Translations under genes and position numbers: made by a program
Virus record (IMG/VR): IMGVR_UViG_3300017784_008157
Span: 1 to 26,296 of that record
Origin: a virus
Lineage: Duplodnaviria > Caudoviricetes
Strand: one strand, 5' to 3'
DNA length: 26,296 bases
In this document: piece by piece, positions 26,130 through 26,296 of the stretch
Numbering within the stretch: position 1 is the first letter of the stretch
How the letters are laid out: each line of letters begins with the position of its first letter
Notes under the pieces: generated by a model
What the model was told of the DNA's origin: nothing
Database searches by the model: none
What the model saw: only the letters and a program-made list of their open reading frames with translations

Positions 26130-26296
26130 ATGGCCGGCCCTAAATCTATTTTTGATTTGTTAAGAGAAACTAACAGAAAAAGTTCTGTGGTAAGATTTAA
26201 AGGAGGTGGTTTTGGTGGCTCACCACCAGGTCCAGAAATAACACCTACAATAACACCTACTAATACAGTTACTCCATCAGTAACACCTACTAATAC
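26130..26296 (+). CDS. Partial ORF (runs off the window): Pro/Thr-repeat protein
   Basis: Manual translation MAGPKSIFDLLRETNRKSSVVRFKGGGFGGSPPGPEITPTITPTNTVTPSVTPTN..., no stop before the edge; not in the ORF track. Confidence 0.7.
   Translation, partial: MAGPKSIFDLLRETNRKSSVVRFKGGGFGGSPPGPEITPTITPTNTVTPSVTPTN

Noticed and set aside
1-26296. CRISPR arrays, tRNAs, introns/inteins, homing endonucleases, stop-codon recoding
   Set aside because: Intergenic gaps are too short, core genes are normal length and uninterrupted, and ORFs tile well under the standard code with TAA, TGA and TAG all used as stops.

Overview
AT-rich fragment of a large T4-like (myovirus) phage genome, densely coding and mostly on the minus strand. 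Morphogenesis genes: tail sheath gp18, a gp3-like tail-tube-fold protein, large terminase gp17 and neck gp14. T4-type replication/recombination genes: PolB gp43, UvsX, helicase gp41, probable helicase loader gp59, SSB gp32, clamp gp45, primase gp61, plus ThyX. These are interleaved with many small hypotheticals in a non-T4 order. Two things stand out. (1) A putative base- or macromolecule-modification cluster sits between uvsX and the helicase: an atypical QueC lacking three Zn cysteines, a class II glutamine amidotransferase, a GNAT and a GT2-like glycosyltransferase. (2) Almost every gene that is not translationally coupled has a promoter -10 element only about 4-9 nt before its start codon and no well-placed Shine-Dalgarno. 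Replication genes have sigma70-like TAnnnT boxes and structural/unknown genes have T4-late-like TAAATA, which implies widespread leaderless mRNA. No tRNA, rRNA, CRISPR array, intein or IS was seen. All product calls come from motif recognition by eye, not from database searches.
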